Below, piece after piece: positions 26,280 through 47,561 of a stretch of DNA of 64,000 nt; position 1 is the first letter of the stretch, and each line of letters opens with the position of its first letter. Both the position numbers and the translations under genes were made by a program. Below the pieces are notes generated by a model. The model saw only the letters and a list, made by a program, of their open reading frames with translations. It searched no databases and was not told the origin of the DNA. The stretch lies in the NCBI RefSeq assembly GCF_009914755.1, contig NC_060945.1. The stretch is one strand, 5' to 3'. This DNA comes from the human T2T-CHM13v2.0 reference genome, Homo sapiens.

Positions 26280-26503
26280 CAGTCTGGGAAACATAGCAAG
26301 ACGCATCTCTACACACACAAACACACACAAAAATTAGCTGGGTGTTGTGCCACATGCCTGTAAGTCCCAGCTACTCAGGAGGCTGATGCAGGAGGATCAG
26401 TTGAGCCCAGGGGTTCAAGGCTGCAATGAGTTATGATCATGCCACTGAACTCTCTAGCCTGGGTGAAAGAGTGAGACCCTGTCTCAAAACAGACAAACAA
26501 AAA
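26280..26503 (+). mobile_element. 5'-truncated AluJ-like
   Basis: Alu consensus with a (CA)n-modified linker. Confidence 0.82.
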
Positions 26504-26711
26504 ATGTGGTAAGCTGCAATGGAGACCTATTTACAAATTGGTGTGTGTCTACAATCTGAGTAATATATTTCTTCTCTTTGCATTTTGCTACCCTGACATA
26601 GAAGAGTTTGCCAGGCTACTTTCATTGTTGCTGAAGGTCTTTACATATTACAGAAAGTTGCTGCAAATCATTTACAAAAGATGATTTAGGCAGGTTTAAA
26701 TTAGGCAACTC

Positions 26712-33435
<6,724 letters not shown>

Positions 33436-34704
33436 GTTAACATAAAAAAAAGAAGAAACACAGACAAAAAATAATAAATTAGGCAACTCCATAGCCATTT
33501 TTATTCTTGAAAAAGAATTACCTTGTGTGTAAAGGGAATTTTCTTTTATTTCCTTGTTTTCTTGTTTTGTTAAGAGATAGGGTCTCGTGGTGTCACCCAG
33601 GCTGGTGCCATCATAGCTCACTGCAGCCTTGAACTCCTGGGCTCAAGCAATCCTCCCACCTCAGCTTCCCAAATCACTGGGATTATAGACCTGAGCCACC
33701 CACCGTACCTGGCCTGTGAAGGGAATTTCCTAAATGAGTTTGAAAGTTTAAGTCGTGTCATACAAATAAGTGATTTCAGCCTCCTAGGCTGCCAGGAAGC
33801 TCTTAATATAAGTTTGCTAAGTAAATTCCTGTGAAACCGTAGCCTGTCAGCTATCCAAACCATACTTTGTAATTTCTCTGAACTCATTTCATTAATTCTC
33901 AAAATGATCATGGAAGATCTACTGTCATTTTCTTGAAAAATTAAAACATAAAATGCTTATTAAATAAACAATCAATACGTGATGTGGACAAGTGAACAGT
34001 CATGCTTTGTTGGTGGGAATGTAAAATTGAGGCTACCTTCCTGGCAATTTGGCAATCCATAAGAGTTTCAGAAATTTTATATCCCGTTATCCTTCTAAAA
34101 CTCTTTCCTAAGGACAAATCAGAGATAAGGATAAAGATTTTTGTTCAAGAATATTTGCTGTTAGGACATTTATAAAAATGAAAATTTAGAACCATCTCAA
34201 AAGTCTAATAATAGAGACTTTGTAAAATAAATGTTAGTGCATCCACCTGATGCAATTATAATATAGCTGTTAACTGTTCACAATATCATATTATTTTTAA
34301 AATGAGGAACACAAAATTATATTTACAGTGTGATCCCAGTTTTTTTGTTAAATATACATCTATAACACACACATACGCTTATAAGGACTTATACAAGACT
34401 ATTAAGAGTAATTATCTTTGGGTGATGGATTATGGGTGATTTGAATTTTTTGTTATTCTCTATAGTTTTAAAATTCTCTACAATGAATAGACATTACTTC
34501 TAAAATAAGTGATACTTATTAAAACAATAAAAATATTTAAAAATCAACCATCTGGTAACATTCCATTTTCATTACTTATGTAGACTTAAAAGACTATAAT
34601 CATGAAATGACCTTAGCTAAAATTTTAGAGACTTTTAATCAAGGGTATTTCTGAAATAGTCTATCGATTCGTAGAGAGTGTAGCCGATGGGCTTCATTAG
34701 TGCC

Positions 34705-34947
<243 letters not shown>

Positions 34948-36594
34948 TAAGTTATTTGGTTCATGACATTGTCTTGATTAACCCAACAGAAAAAAATCTG
35001 ATTTAGTCCAACACACGAACTACCACTAATCTTATTGGTGACAAGAAGCTCCTGATAAGGATGAGCTGAAGAGGTGAAAATGAGGGCAAGTTTTGGGATT
35101 TAACTTCACTGAAACCATTTTCTTTGAAGGATTGGATATCTGATCTGATGTCGTTTACTTCAGATCTTTGAACAAATCATTACACAGGTATGTTTGGGAA
35201 GGAAGGAGTTAAGTCTAAAAAGAGTGCTTGATTCAGGATTTGTTTTGGAATCACTTATCTATTGGGTTGCTGACAGCAATAAACATTTTCTAAATACCTA
35301 AAGGAATGAAAGTAGAGTGTCACCCAGTGAGAAGGTGGCAGGTGAAACTTGGTTATTTCTTTATATTAGTTCGGCTGAATGTTAGAGTTAAAAAAACCCT
35401 AAAACAAAACAAAACAGATAAAAGTTGCCTTTTAAATTTGTCACGCATCTGTCGCTGGTGTGTGGTCCTTTATAGTGTCCAAGATGGTCTATGGAAGATA
35501 TTTATTTTGTAAAACAAAGTTCGAAAAGGCAAAGAGATCATCAACTTAGACCAAACATGCAATAACTCCTGTAAATGGATTGTCAGCAGGCATTGACATA
35601 CATTGTCTATTTTGGCCAGGAAGAGGTGGAGTTATTCTCAAGGTTAAGTAAAGGTCATCTCTCTCTACCATACTGCCACTCAGCAGTGATGGAAAAGCAA
35701 AGCCTGAAGTTGGGTACCGGGAAATTTCACTTGGGAGACGGATGGCCCAGTCTGTCTGTGCACTCAGGTCATCTTGGTTAGTTTTCCCATAATTGTACTA
35801 GATCAGCAGTCAAGTGAAATGCCAGATTCATCACTGATAGAATCTCTGTCCTGGGTTGACAGTCCTTTAATTTGTGTGCCTTTGTGGCCAGAGGCCATTA
35901 TTTCTAATTGCCTTTTTGTCCTGTAGCAGTTCATCTATCTTTCACACACACCAAATTTAATCTTCATGTTAGACAATGATGGGGAATTTGGGCTGAAGTT
36001 GTTATCAAATGAGTTTCATAAGCTTTAGTAACCTCAGGGAAAAAAAATCTTAAAAGACTTACCAAAATTTGAAAATAGTAAACAATGATGGCTTTCTAGT
36101 AATTTAAGGTTGTTACAGGATCTCCATACTGATAATTCAAAATATCTGGGTCAATGATTTGACTCCTTAACGTATGAAAAAAGGCTTACACTTCTCTTAT
36201 TGCACCTACAATTTAATTATAACACATATGATGATTTCTGATAGGAATGTCTGATTTTTTTTTTCTTCTTCACTCAACAACCATATATATATATGGTAGC
36301 TACCTTGAGGTAGGCACTGAGACCCAAGATGAATCAATCAAGTCCCTGTGAAGACAAATGAAACAGCCGAGTCTGCCTTTGGACCAGGTTGTGTACCACA
36401 GGGTACATTCGGAGAGAAATGGAAGCCCGTCTGGGGGTGTGGGTAGGGCCAGGGAACATGGAGGGAGCAGCAGTGAGACCATGGGATAGGCTCTGTGAAT
36501 ACCAGGAGTTTTACCCACTCCACCTGATTCAGCCCTGGAGATAGTGGAGAGAGGGGTCTCCATCTAACAGGTGAGGAAACAGAGCATTAGGCGG

Positions 36595-36948
36595 TGATAT
36601 AGTTTGGCTCTGTGTCCCCACCCAAATCTCATCTTGTAGCTCCCATAATTCCCACATGTGGAAAAGACCAGTGGGAAATAATTGAATCATGGAGGCAAGT
36701 CTTTCCCATGCTGTTCTCGTGATAGTGAATGAATCTCATGAGATCTGATGGTTTTAAAAACGGGAGTTTCGCTGCACAAGCTCTCTCTCTTTGCCTGCTG
36801 CCATCCATGTAAGACCTGACTTGTTCCTCCTTGCTTTCCACCATGATTGTGAAGCTTCCCCAGCCACACGGAACTGTAAGTCCACTAAACCCCTTTTCCT
36901 ATATAAAGTCTCAGGTATGTCTTTATCAGCAACATGAAAACTATTACA
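36595..36948 (+). mobile_element. THE1 (THE1A/B-like) solo LTR
   Basis: TG...CA termini, tgatatagtttggctctgtgtccccacccaaatctcatcttg start, 5-bp flanks ggcgg/ggggg. Confidence 0.92.
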
Positions 36949-37779
36949 GGGGGTGAACACTCCCATGGCCTCACACAGCAAGAAGGAAGATGGGAGCACT
37001 TGAGACCCAGTGTCCAGATTTGTGAGTTGAGTTGGTCCAGCTGAGCTGGGGTGATGGGAAGCAGTTGGGGTCAGGAAGCTGCACAAAGGTCCCAGTCGCC
37101 CAGCCGACCAGGACAGAAAATGCTGAACTGTGAAACTATTTGGGACTTGTCTTTTTTTTTTTTTTTTAATGGAAAGGACTTCTCTGCACATGCGTTCACT
37201 TTCCTGCCCATGCCAGCAGCTCAGTGGCCCCATTTTTCGGGTGAATGTTGCAGGCATGGTATAAAACCCATTCCATTTCCCGCATTAACTTTGCACAAGC
37301 CACATGGTCTCTTTTCTCTCAGATCCTTCACACGGCTGTTGTGAAGAGGGGTGGAAGAGAAATTTACATTCCAACCTTCAGAGACAAGTCAGCCAAATTA
37401 TGCCAAGGCCTCTGTCCCTCCATCTGTCCATCCATCCGTCCATCCATTAGAGCCAGGGCAAGTAGCATAGGGCTCTGGGTGGACGGCCCCCAAGATGTGC
37501 TTTACCTCCACCGCCACTTTCTCTGCCTGGCTTACTCATTCACTGGGCAGGTATTTATCGAGGGCCCTTCTGCATACCAGGCCTCCTGCCTCAGCCTCCT
37601 GAGTAGCTGGGATTACAGGCGTGCACCACCCTGCCCGGCTAATTTTTGTATTTTCAGTAGAGATGGGGTTTCACCATGTTGGTCAGGCTGGTCTCAAACT
37701 CCTGACCTTGTGATCTGCTCGCCTCAGCCTCCCAAAGTGCTGGGACTACAGGCATGAGCCACCGTGCCTGGCCTTAGGT

Positions 37780-38111
37780 AGTTCTTTATAGCAATGCGAG
37801 AACATGTCCTTAGAGGACAGAGGCCATGGGAGGTTTGATGGATACTGAAGGGGAGCACCCACAGGACCACTGAGGCAGGCAGTGGCGAGACGCAGCCACA
37901 AACCAAGGCTGTGTGATGTAGCGTAAGGCTGGACAAGGCCAGGCAGTGTCCCCTCCCACTTCCGGAGGGAGTTTGGCCCTGCTGAGGCCTTGATGGCTCT
38001 GAAGCTCATCTCAGTCTTGTGACCTCCAGGACTGCGAGATAATCCATTTCTATTGTTTAAAGCCACTTAGTTTGAGGCGATTTGTTACTGCAGCCCCAGG
38101 AAACAAATACA
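37780..38111 (+). mobile_element. MLT1-family MaLR LTR (partial)
   Basis: 3' end ctccaggactgcgagataatccatttctattgtttaaagccact...tttgttactgcagccccaggaaacaaataca. Confidence 0.8.
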
Positions 38112-38189
38112 ATGATGGACAGGAATTGGTGGAGATGAAGCAGTTTCCAGAGTGGTGAACACAGTGAGGAAAAGTGTGGGGTACAATAG

Positions 38190-38410
38190 CGATTACCATT
38201 ACTCAAGGCCTGACTGTGGCCCAAGCACAGTTTTAAGCATTTTATATACTTCCTGTTTCCCAGTAGCCTACACAATAAGTGATGTTTTACAGATGAAGAA
38301 ACCGAGCTCAGAGAGGTAATGTAACCTGCCCAAGGTACACTGGCAGGAAGTAGTGTAGCTGGGACTTGAGCTCAGTTCTAATGGATTCCCAAAGCCCATG
38401 CTCTTTTCAC
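38190..38410. mobile_element. MIR
   Basis: Core ttttacagatgaagaaaccgagctcagagaggtaatgtaacctgcccaaggt. Confidence 0.75.
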
Positions 38411-39310
38411 TTTGCTCCTTGGAGGTTGGCCACTTAAGTGCCATTTGTTTATTTATTCATTCACTGTTTGTCTATTTGAATAAAAATACTGAGTTTTTAT
38501 CCACTATTTGAATAAAAATACTGAGTTTTGTTAGTATTCCAAGTTGCAAATTAAAACTACATACCATTCCTTAATTTCTTAGCAAAAGTGGGACAAGTGG
38601 TAATTACTGAGCCACTTTCTGGCATCTGGCCTACTTTTTGTTGCTCTATTCTGGGCCACCACATGCCTCGTTAAAAATGGGGAACTATTTCAAAGGAAGA
38701 TGGGGAGAACAAACACAGAGATGTCAGAAGCCTCTGCCACAGGGTGTGTGCCCAAACCCAGCAGTGATGGCTGCGGGTGCTGAGACTGGGACAGGTGGAC
38801 AGAGACCAATACAGTTGGTGTGCAGCACCCATGGAGGAGGGCCTTGAATAGCGGGTTGGTTGAGACACGGTCCTTTGGACACAGAGCTCCAAGCCCTGTG
38901 AGCCTTTGGCAGTTTGTGAGGGAGGGGAGGGAGGAGGTGGAACCATAAGCCTCGATAAGGCACAATGGCAGTGACAGCAAATACCATAGATTAAAAACAA
39001 GTATCCTCTTCCATTTTCTTTGATAGAATAAGCATAAGTAACCCAAAGGAGGGTCAGGAAATCCCACAATAAATGACTCTGAAATGTCTGTTAATAATGA
39101 ACCGTGGAAAATCAAAGCATATTCAGTTAGACTAGGAAAAATGGAACACCATGATATTTTGTATACTCCAAATTTGAGGAACAATACATAAGGGTACATG
39201 GGTAATCCCCAGTGTTGGTGAGTTACAGGGAGTAAACTGATAGAATCCTTTTGGAGATCACTCTGGTGTTTTATATTAAGTGTCTTAGTCTGTTTTGTAC
39301 TAGTATTATT

Positions 39311-39677
39311 TGTATTAGTCCATTCTCACACTGCTATAAAGATACTACCTGAGACTGGGTAATTTATAAACAAGAGGTTTAATTGACTCACAGTTCCACA
39401 TGGCTGGGGAGGCCTCAGGAAACTTACATTCACGGCAGAAGGTGAAGGGGAAGCAAGGCGTGTCTTACATAGTGGAAGGAGAGACAGAGATAGAATGCAG
39501 GGGAAACTGCCACTTTTAAATCATCAGATCTCGTGAGGCCTCCCTCACTTTCAGGAGAACAGCTTTGGGGAAACCACTCCCATGATCCAGTCACCTCCCA
39601 CCAGGTCCCTCCCTCAACACGTGGGGATTAAAATTCGAGATGAGATTTGGGTGGGGACACAGAGCTGAACCATATCA
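39311..39677 (-). mobile_element. MST (MSTA-like) solo LTR
   Basis: tgtattagtccattctcacactgctataaag...gagatttgggtggggacacagagctgaaccatatca. Confidence 0.9.
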
Positions 39678-39821
39678 ACATTCAAGCTCTTTGACCCTGT
39701 AGTAATTCCAATACAAGAAGCCTAGCCCAAGGACACAATTTCATAAAGTTTATCCACAAAAGATGTTTGTTGTACTCATTGTTTAAAATAGGGGAAAACA
39801 GGAGACAGCCCAAGTGGCTAG

Positions 39822-40256
<435 letters not shown>

Positions 40257-42111
40257 TAGCCGATGGGTGAAAACGAGCCAAGAGTGACTGCATGGAGTTG
40301 TCTGCTATCCACCTGGCCCTGCCACCTCCTGAGCATGCAGCTGGTCAGGCCATGTCTCCAGGTCTGCAGGCCCAGTCCTCCTCACATCAGTCCCCAAGTC
40401 TAGATTTAGGGAAGAAAGCATGATTTTGGCTTCAGGCTTATGCAGCACTTGAAAATCGGGCTCCATCAGCAATAAGGTAGACACTGCATTTTAATTCTTG
40501 CCAGGTGCGTAAGTCCTTCACAGAATGGTGGTGAGGAGTGAGTGACTGAACTTTCCCCAGGATGTGCCCACCCATGGTGCATTCACTGAGAACATTCAAA
40601 AGAGGTTGCCTTAGAAACCAAAGTATCACAGGGAGAGATGGGCCTCTTGGGGCAGCAGCAGCAGCTGAAGCAGGCTGACTCACAGCTGCTTCTAATATGC
40701 TAGGCTTTGTGTAAACAGGCTTTATGACACAAGTGGGCTGACTACAGTGCAATTGGAGTGTGGCATCTGAGTCACTGTGAGGCTCTAGCTGGCTTCTTCC
40801 AGCCCTGGCCATAGGGTCCCCTGTGACTGTAACCTATACAAGCAGAGCTTGGGCATGCTGGATTTGCAGAAATAACCTTAGGCAGGTATTGAATTATTGG
40901 ACATTAACTTCCCCTGCATTGTGTGAAAATATAAATCTTGGTCCACAAATGCCCTTGTTCAAGACTGTATTTTCCACAATGCCATCATTTCTCACTCTGT
41001 GAGTCCTTTGGTCCCTAATTGAGATTTCCATTGCATTTCTGACCTCTGAGACTTAAGTGGTGATGAGGCACAGAGAGGAAAAGAATATCTGGTCCTCAGT
41101 CATAGGTCCAGATAGGTAATCACTGAAACATCCACTGTGCTTGTCCATGTGGCCCTGTTCAGATTTGGTGGCTACCTCAAAGTGCAGTTCTTTGAAAACT
41201 AAACTGTTATGTTAAGCCATTGACAATTTAGGATTATTATTTATTTATTTATTTTACCATGGAATGACAAACTCTCCTGACTAGAAAAGGTGGGATAAGT
41301 ACATTTCCTCCCAACCCAAAATAGTAAATAGTGCCACCATGAACCTAATTGTGTTAAACTGAGTGACTGAGACCCATGAAAACTGCCATAGCCTGACCTG
41401 CACCCCAGCACGATGAATCAAGAAGAATCTCTCTTTCCTCTTCCGTTTTCTGTCTTCCTTTCCCCATGTCCCATCAAGTCTGTTCTAGTTACTGGCTGGT
41501 GGGTCTGTACTATACAATGTACTGGGTTCCATCACTATTGCTGTAGGAGTTGATTTATTTGGATTTTCAAAGTTCCATGGGCATGGGACTGTTAATATGA
41601 CATTTTCATATAGCCTACTGAATCTTTAAAAAACTGGGAGATGCAAGAAATTTTGGGTTGGGTCAATGTGCTTAAGGAATGACTCCCATTCTTATGACAG
41701 CCTAGGCAGCAGCTTCCTGAGGAAACCCAAACATCTGATTGAGATCCTTTTAACTAAAACAGGGCAGGTCAAGAAATTAGGGGGAGCAGAATTTTGGATT
41801 TAAATTATGTTGGCTTTTCATTAGGTGATTTCATACTTGGGCTTTTATTTCTCCCTGGGAGTTGAATCACTGGAGAAGGTTTTGTTAATATATGGAAATT
41901 TTTATATTATTGACACTTTCTATTTGGAGTATTTTAGGCTATTATTTGGGCTCATTGCAGAACAGTGTCTTTCAAACTTTTTTCTTAAATTAGGACATGC
42001 ATTATACATCATGGCAGAAGCACAATTTTTACAAAACAAAAACATCTCACAGCCTGGGCAACACAGGGAGACCCTGTCACTACAAAAAAAAAAAAATAAA
42101 AAGATTAGCTA

Positions 42112-42318
<207 letters not shown>

Positions 42319-42779
42319 TTACTGGGAAAGTGACCACAGAGAGCAGGGCCAAGTGGCAGAGGGTGCAAAACACATCAGACAGACAAGCACGTGGGCTGAG
42401 TCCACCACCATCGTGGCAACCGCAGTTCAATCCCATGAGACCTTCTGAGGAGCTCATGGAATGCAGTGCAGAACTGTCTCCTCCGGGCTGAAAGAAGGAT
42501 GTGTATATCCACTGATACCTCTCCCAGGTTGGGCTCCAGGCTGGTCCTGTGGGTGTTAACCCCTCTCCTTCCAGAGTGTACTATAAGAGGCACCTATGTG
42601 GATGTGGTTAAATTTGCATGAACTGTTTGGGGCATCAGTGGCTGGAGTAAGAGGTGAACAGAGAGGCTCTGAAGTGGTTGAAACAGACGTTCAGTCAAAA
42701 TATTCACCCTTACTGAGTGCAATGCACTGACATATTCTATTCTAGTTCATCACACACACACTAGTGGAGGCCCACTAAC

Positions 42780-43350
42780 CAGTGGTTCTCAAAGTCCGGG
42801 GGTCCCAAGACCATATTTCAGGGGGCCTATGAGGTCAAAACTATTTTCCTAATACTGCTGAGATGTTTTGTCTTTTTCATCCTCGTTCTCTCATGACTAT
42901 GCAGCGGAGCTTTCCAGAGGCTTCGTGACAGGCGCTAATGTCACAGACTGAATGCACAAGCAGATATGAGAAACGGCTGTGTTCCATGAAGCCAGACATT
43001 AAAGAGACTTGGAGAAATGTAAAACAATTCTACTTGTCTCACTGAATTTTTTTGTTTTAGAAAATAGTTATTTCTCATGAATATGTTTATGTTAAATTTG
43101 TCCTTTTAGAATCAGCTTAGTATTACTACAATGATTTGGGTGAAATGTTTCTGTAACAGAAATTTTGTTTCTCATTATGTGATGAGTTAATTTTATATCT
43201 AAAAGGTAACGTATTATTTATAAACAAATATTTAAAAATTTTCTATTTTAATTTTTAAATATATCTACATACACAAAAGGTCTTTGGGGCTCTCACTCTT
43301 TACAAGAATAAAGGGGTCCTAAGATCTTAAGAAAAGATAGAGAATTGCTA
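42780..43350. mobile_element. Non-autonomous hAT-Charlie (MER-type) DNA transposon
   Basis: Terminal inverted repeat cagtggttctc ... gagaattgcta, with cactaa-containing flanks on both sides. Subfamily not determined. Confidence 0.7.
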
Positions 43351-43682
43351 CACTAAACTGATCATGACCCTCAAAAACACTGCTGCCCATAGTTTGCAAA
43401 ACATTGGTGTTCCTTTCATGACCTGTAAGGACAGAGTGGTTGGAAACCAGAATGAAAAGTTAATTTGAGGCTTAATGTGCAATAGAACACTAGAGTCCAT
43501 GAAGGTTCTATCCTGACCTATTTCAAACCCGTCTCAGGCCCATCACCTGTCCGAGGGGAAGACAAGGGAATACTGCTGACATGAGCAAGAGTCTCACAGA
43601 TGGGAGGGAACCGCTCGGATAACTGCTGGCTTTCTCTTCCAAAGCTTACAGCTACTGCCCTGCTTGACCAAAACTCAGTTAA

Positions 43683-43775
43683 GTCTAATCATGTAAGGGA
43701 GTCCAATCATGTAAGGGAGTCCAATCATGTAAGGGAGTCCAATCATGTAAGGGAGTCCAATCATGTAAGGGAGTC
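43683..43775 (+). repeat. 18-bp tandem repeat (GTCCAATCATGTAAGGGA) x5
   Basis: Five head-to-tail copies; four are identical and the first has one mismatch. Confidence 0.97.
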
Positions 43776-44339
43776 ATTCTCGACCCTGGCTGCATATTGG
43801 AAGCATCTGGAAGATGTTAAAAAATTACCCCTGCCTGTGCTCTACTCCAGACCAATGAATCAACATTTTCTGGAGGTAGGCATAGGCACTGTTTTTTTTT
43901 CCCCTTTTTATTGAGGTGTAACTTGCATCAGAAGCAGAAATCTTAATAACTTAATGATTTTTTAAAAACATGTATTACCTCCATGTAACCATAACCACCA
44001 CCCAGATCAAGATGTAGGGCATTTTCAATTCACCAGCAGGCTCCTTCATGCCTCCTCCTAGATAATACTCTTCTCCAAAGGTAACCATTATTCTAATATT
44101 TGCCACCATAGATTAGTTTTTCCTGATTTTGAACTTCAAATAAAGGGAACCACGCAGTAGTTTACTCTTTTGTGTCTGGCTTTTTTTGCCCAATGTTATG
44201 GCCATATTAATTCATATTATTAGGTAGAGAAGTAATGCATTCTTGTTTGCATGGCTGTGTAGTGTTCAATTGTAGAAACAGACCATGATTTATTTATCAT
44301 TCTATACTTGGTGGAGTTCGCTGGTTCCCTTACACTGCT

Positions 44340-44655
<316 letters not shown>

Positions 44656-44789
44656 CCCCTTATACTGCTCTTAAGTGTGGTGACATGCTCTCACCATAAA
44701 ATAACAGGAACTGGGACAAACTAGGGAACAGGAAAAGCAGATTCATGTTATCCATCTCATGCTTACTGGGTAAGGATATGGTTATTGTC

Positions 44790-45378
44790 CCCTTCCCAGC
44801 TCCTCCTCTGAATCTATTCTTCATTCACCAATCAGGATGACTTTTAAAAACAGAAATCAGGCCATGTCATTCCTTTCCTTCAAGACTCCCAACAGCTTGA
44901 TCCTAAAGTGCCTCAAACTCATCACACTTACACTTAAATCCACACTTCCTACACCAGCCTACAAAGCCCTTCACAATCTGGGCCCGGTCTCTCCAGGCTC
45001 ACCTGGGACCACATTCTCTCTTGTTTGGTATGCTCTATGCCCAATGCCAGTCTTCTCTCTGTTCTTAGGACAAACCAAGTTCCTTCCCACCTTATGGTCT
45101 TTGCCTCACCTGCTTTATACTTAGATCCCAACAGCCTCTCTCTGAGAGGCCTTCCTTGACCACCCAATGTGAACTAGTCATCCCTTTGCATTCTAGAATA
45201 CATTATCTTAATTCTTTGCATAGCACTCATCAAATTATATTTCCTTGTTTATTTGCTTAGTTGCCTCACCCTGCTTCTAAAACTATAAGCTCTTTGAGAG
45301 AGAATCTTACCATTACTTCATCCTCAGTGCCTAGAAAAATACCTGGTACACAGTGAGTACTCAACAAATATTTGTGTC
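44790..45378 (+). mobile_element. L2 3' fragment
   Basis: Ends cagtgcctagaaaaatacctggtacacagtgagtactcaacaaatatttg, typical of L2. Confidence 0.7.
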
Positions 45379-45584
45379 TTAGACATGAATCTGATGGCAC
45401 AAGTACTAACTGTACCCTTCCCAAAAACTAAGGGTTTGAATTCTGGGCCCCTCAGGACAAACAGGAGGAAGGACATCATTGCCCTTTGCAAATTACAATA
45501 TAAATGCCTCTCTGGAGGAACTTCTTGATTATACTGACATTGATTTTTTTTTTTAAGTCTGCTATATGGGAATGCAATATTGTA

Positions 45585-45590
45585 TTTATT
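45585..45590 (-). terminator. PIGP: PIGP polyadenylation signal AATAAA
   Basis: tttatt on the plus strand, about 185 nt downstream of the stop codon. Confidence 0.6.
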
Positions 45591-45772
45591 CTATTCATTA
45601 ACAATACTTGAACATTTACAATATTCATTGAACATAATCTAAGAGAAGGTCAACTTACATTTTTTACTTCTCTATTAATAAGAGAGATGGTCAAATTAAT
45701 TTATGGTCAAAATTATAATGGCAAAAACTTATAAATAAATACGTGCTTGGTGTTACTATGGTTACACACAGT

Positions 45773-45934
<162 letters not shown>

Positions 45935-46044
45935 CTAAGCAATTTCTTCTACAGTCTCTGTGTCTGATGGAGACCCACCACATAGTTTACTAGGCTGACG
46001 TTTGGATAGTGACAAACATCATGTTTAACATAATTAGATGATTA

Positions 46045-46347
<303 letters not shown>

Positions 46348-47159
46348 TCATCTCTAACTTGGAAAGAAATCAATATTTTAATCAACCATACAATGATGAT
46401 TAAAGTCTCATTTGCACATTTCTCACGGGAACAGAATTATATCCAGGCCTTGAAAATGTATTTAAATCAACATGGCAAAACTATTAAATCATTTGGTATA
46501 AATATTCATGCAATCTTAACAATTTCCCCTCTTTGCACAAATTACCTATTTGCTGCCAATTCCAATCAAGAATGCATGGAATGCAGTGTATTAGAAAGAC
46601 ACTTAAAAATAATAGAATTGATTTTCAAAATACATTGTAGAGGCTAATATATAAAGGTTTTGAAAAGTTGAAAAATCATACCAGGGAACTTAAAAAATAC
46701 TTTACTTTCTAGAATTTAAGCAAGCTCAGGAGTCTGATTTATTTTCATCTTTAGACTTGAAAGAACTTTAAAAAAATAAAACCAGACGAACGTGTTGTGG
46801 CTCTTTTATCCACTTAATTGGAATAAGGAGTACACAATGATCCTGAGGAGGATACACACCCCCAAAGTCCTTTTTCTGAACAAGGTCTGCATGTACTATT
46901 TACTATCCCTTGATCAACGGTGTCTGTTCAGGATAAGCTTCTCTCAGGCAAAGTTAATGGGAACATATTATAGACACATATAGCATATACTTGTGGTTTT
47001 TATGGGAACATACACCTGCTAACCAGTGCTATAATTAATTATAATTTATTTCCTCCATGAATATAGCTAGTGTGTATTCATCAGAACTTAATTCCTTCAT
47101 GCAAATATTTCCTTTTATATAAGTTTGTATTTATTTCTCTTAGTAGCTTCTTTTTACTG

Positions 47160-47561
<402 letters not shown>

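Noticed and set aside
43683-43775. Regular short repeats resembling a CRISPR array; ORF with (SNHVRE)n
   Set aside because: Head-to-tail units with no spacers, in a eukaryotic context. The ORF only reflects the unit length being a multiple of 3.
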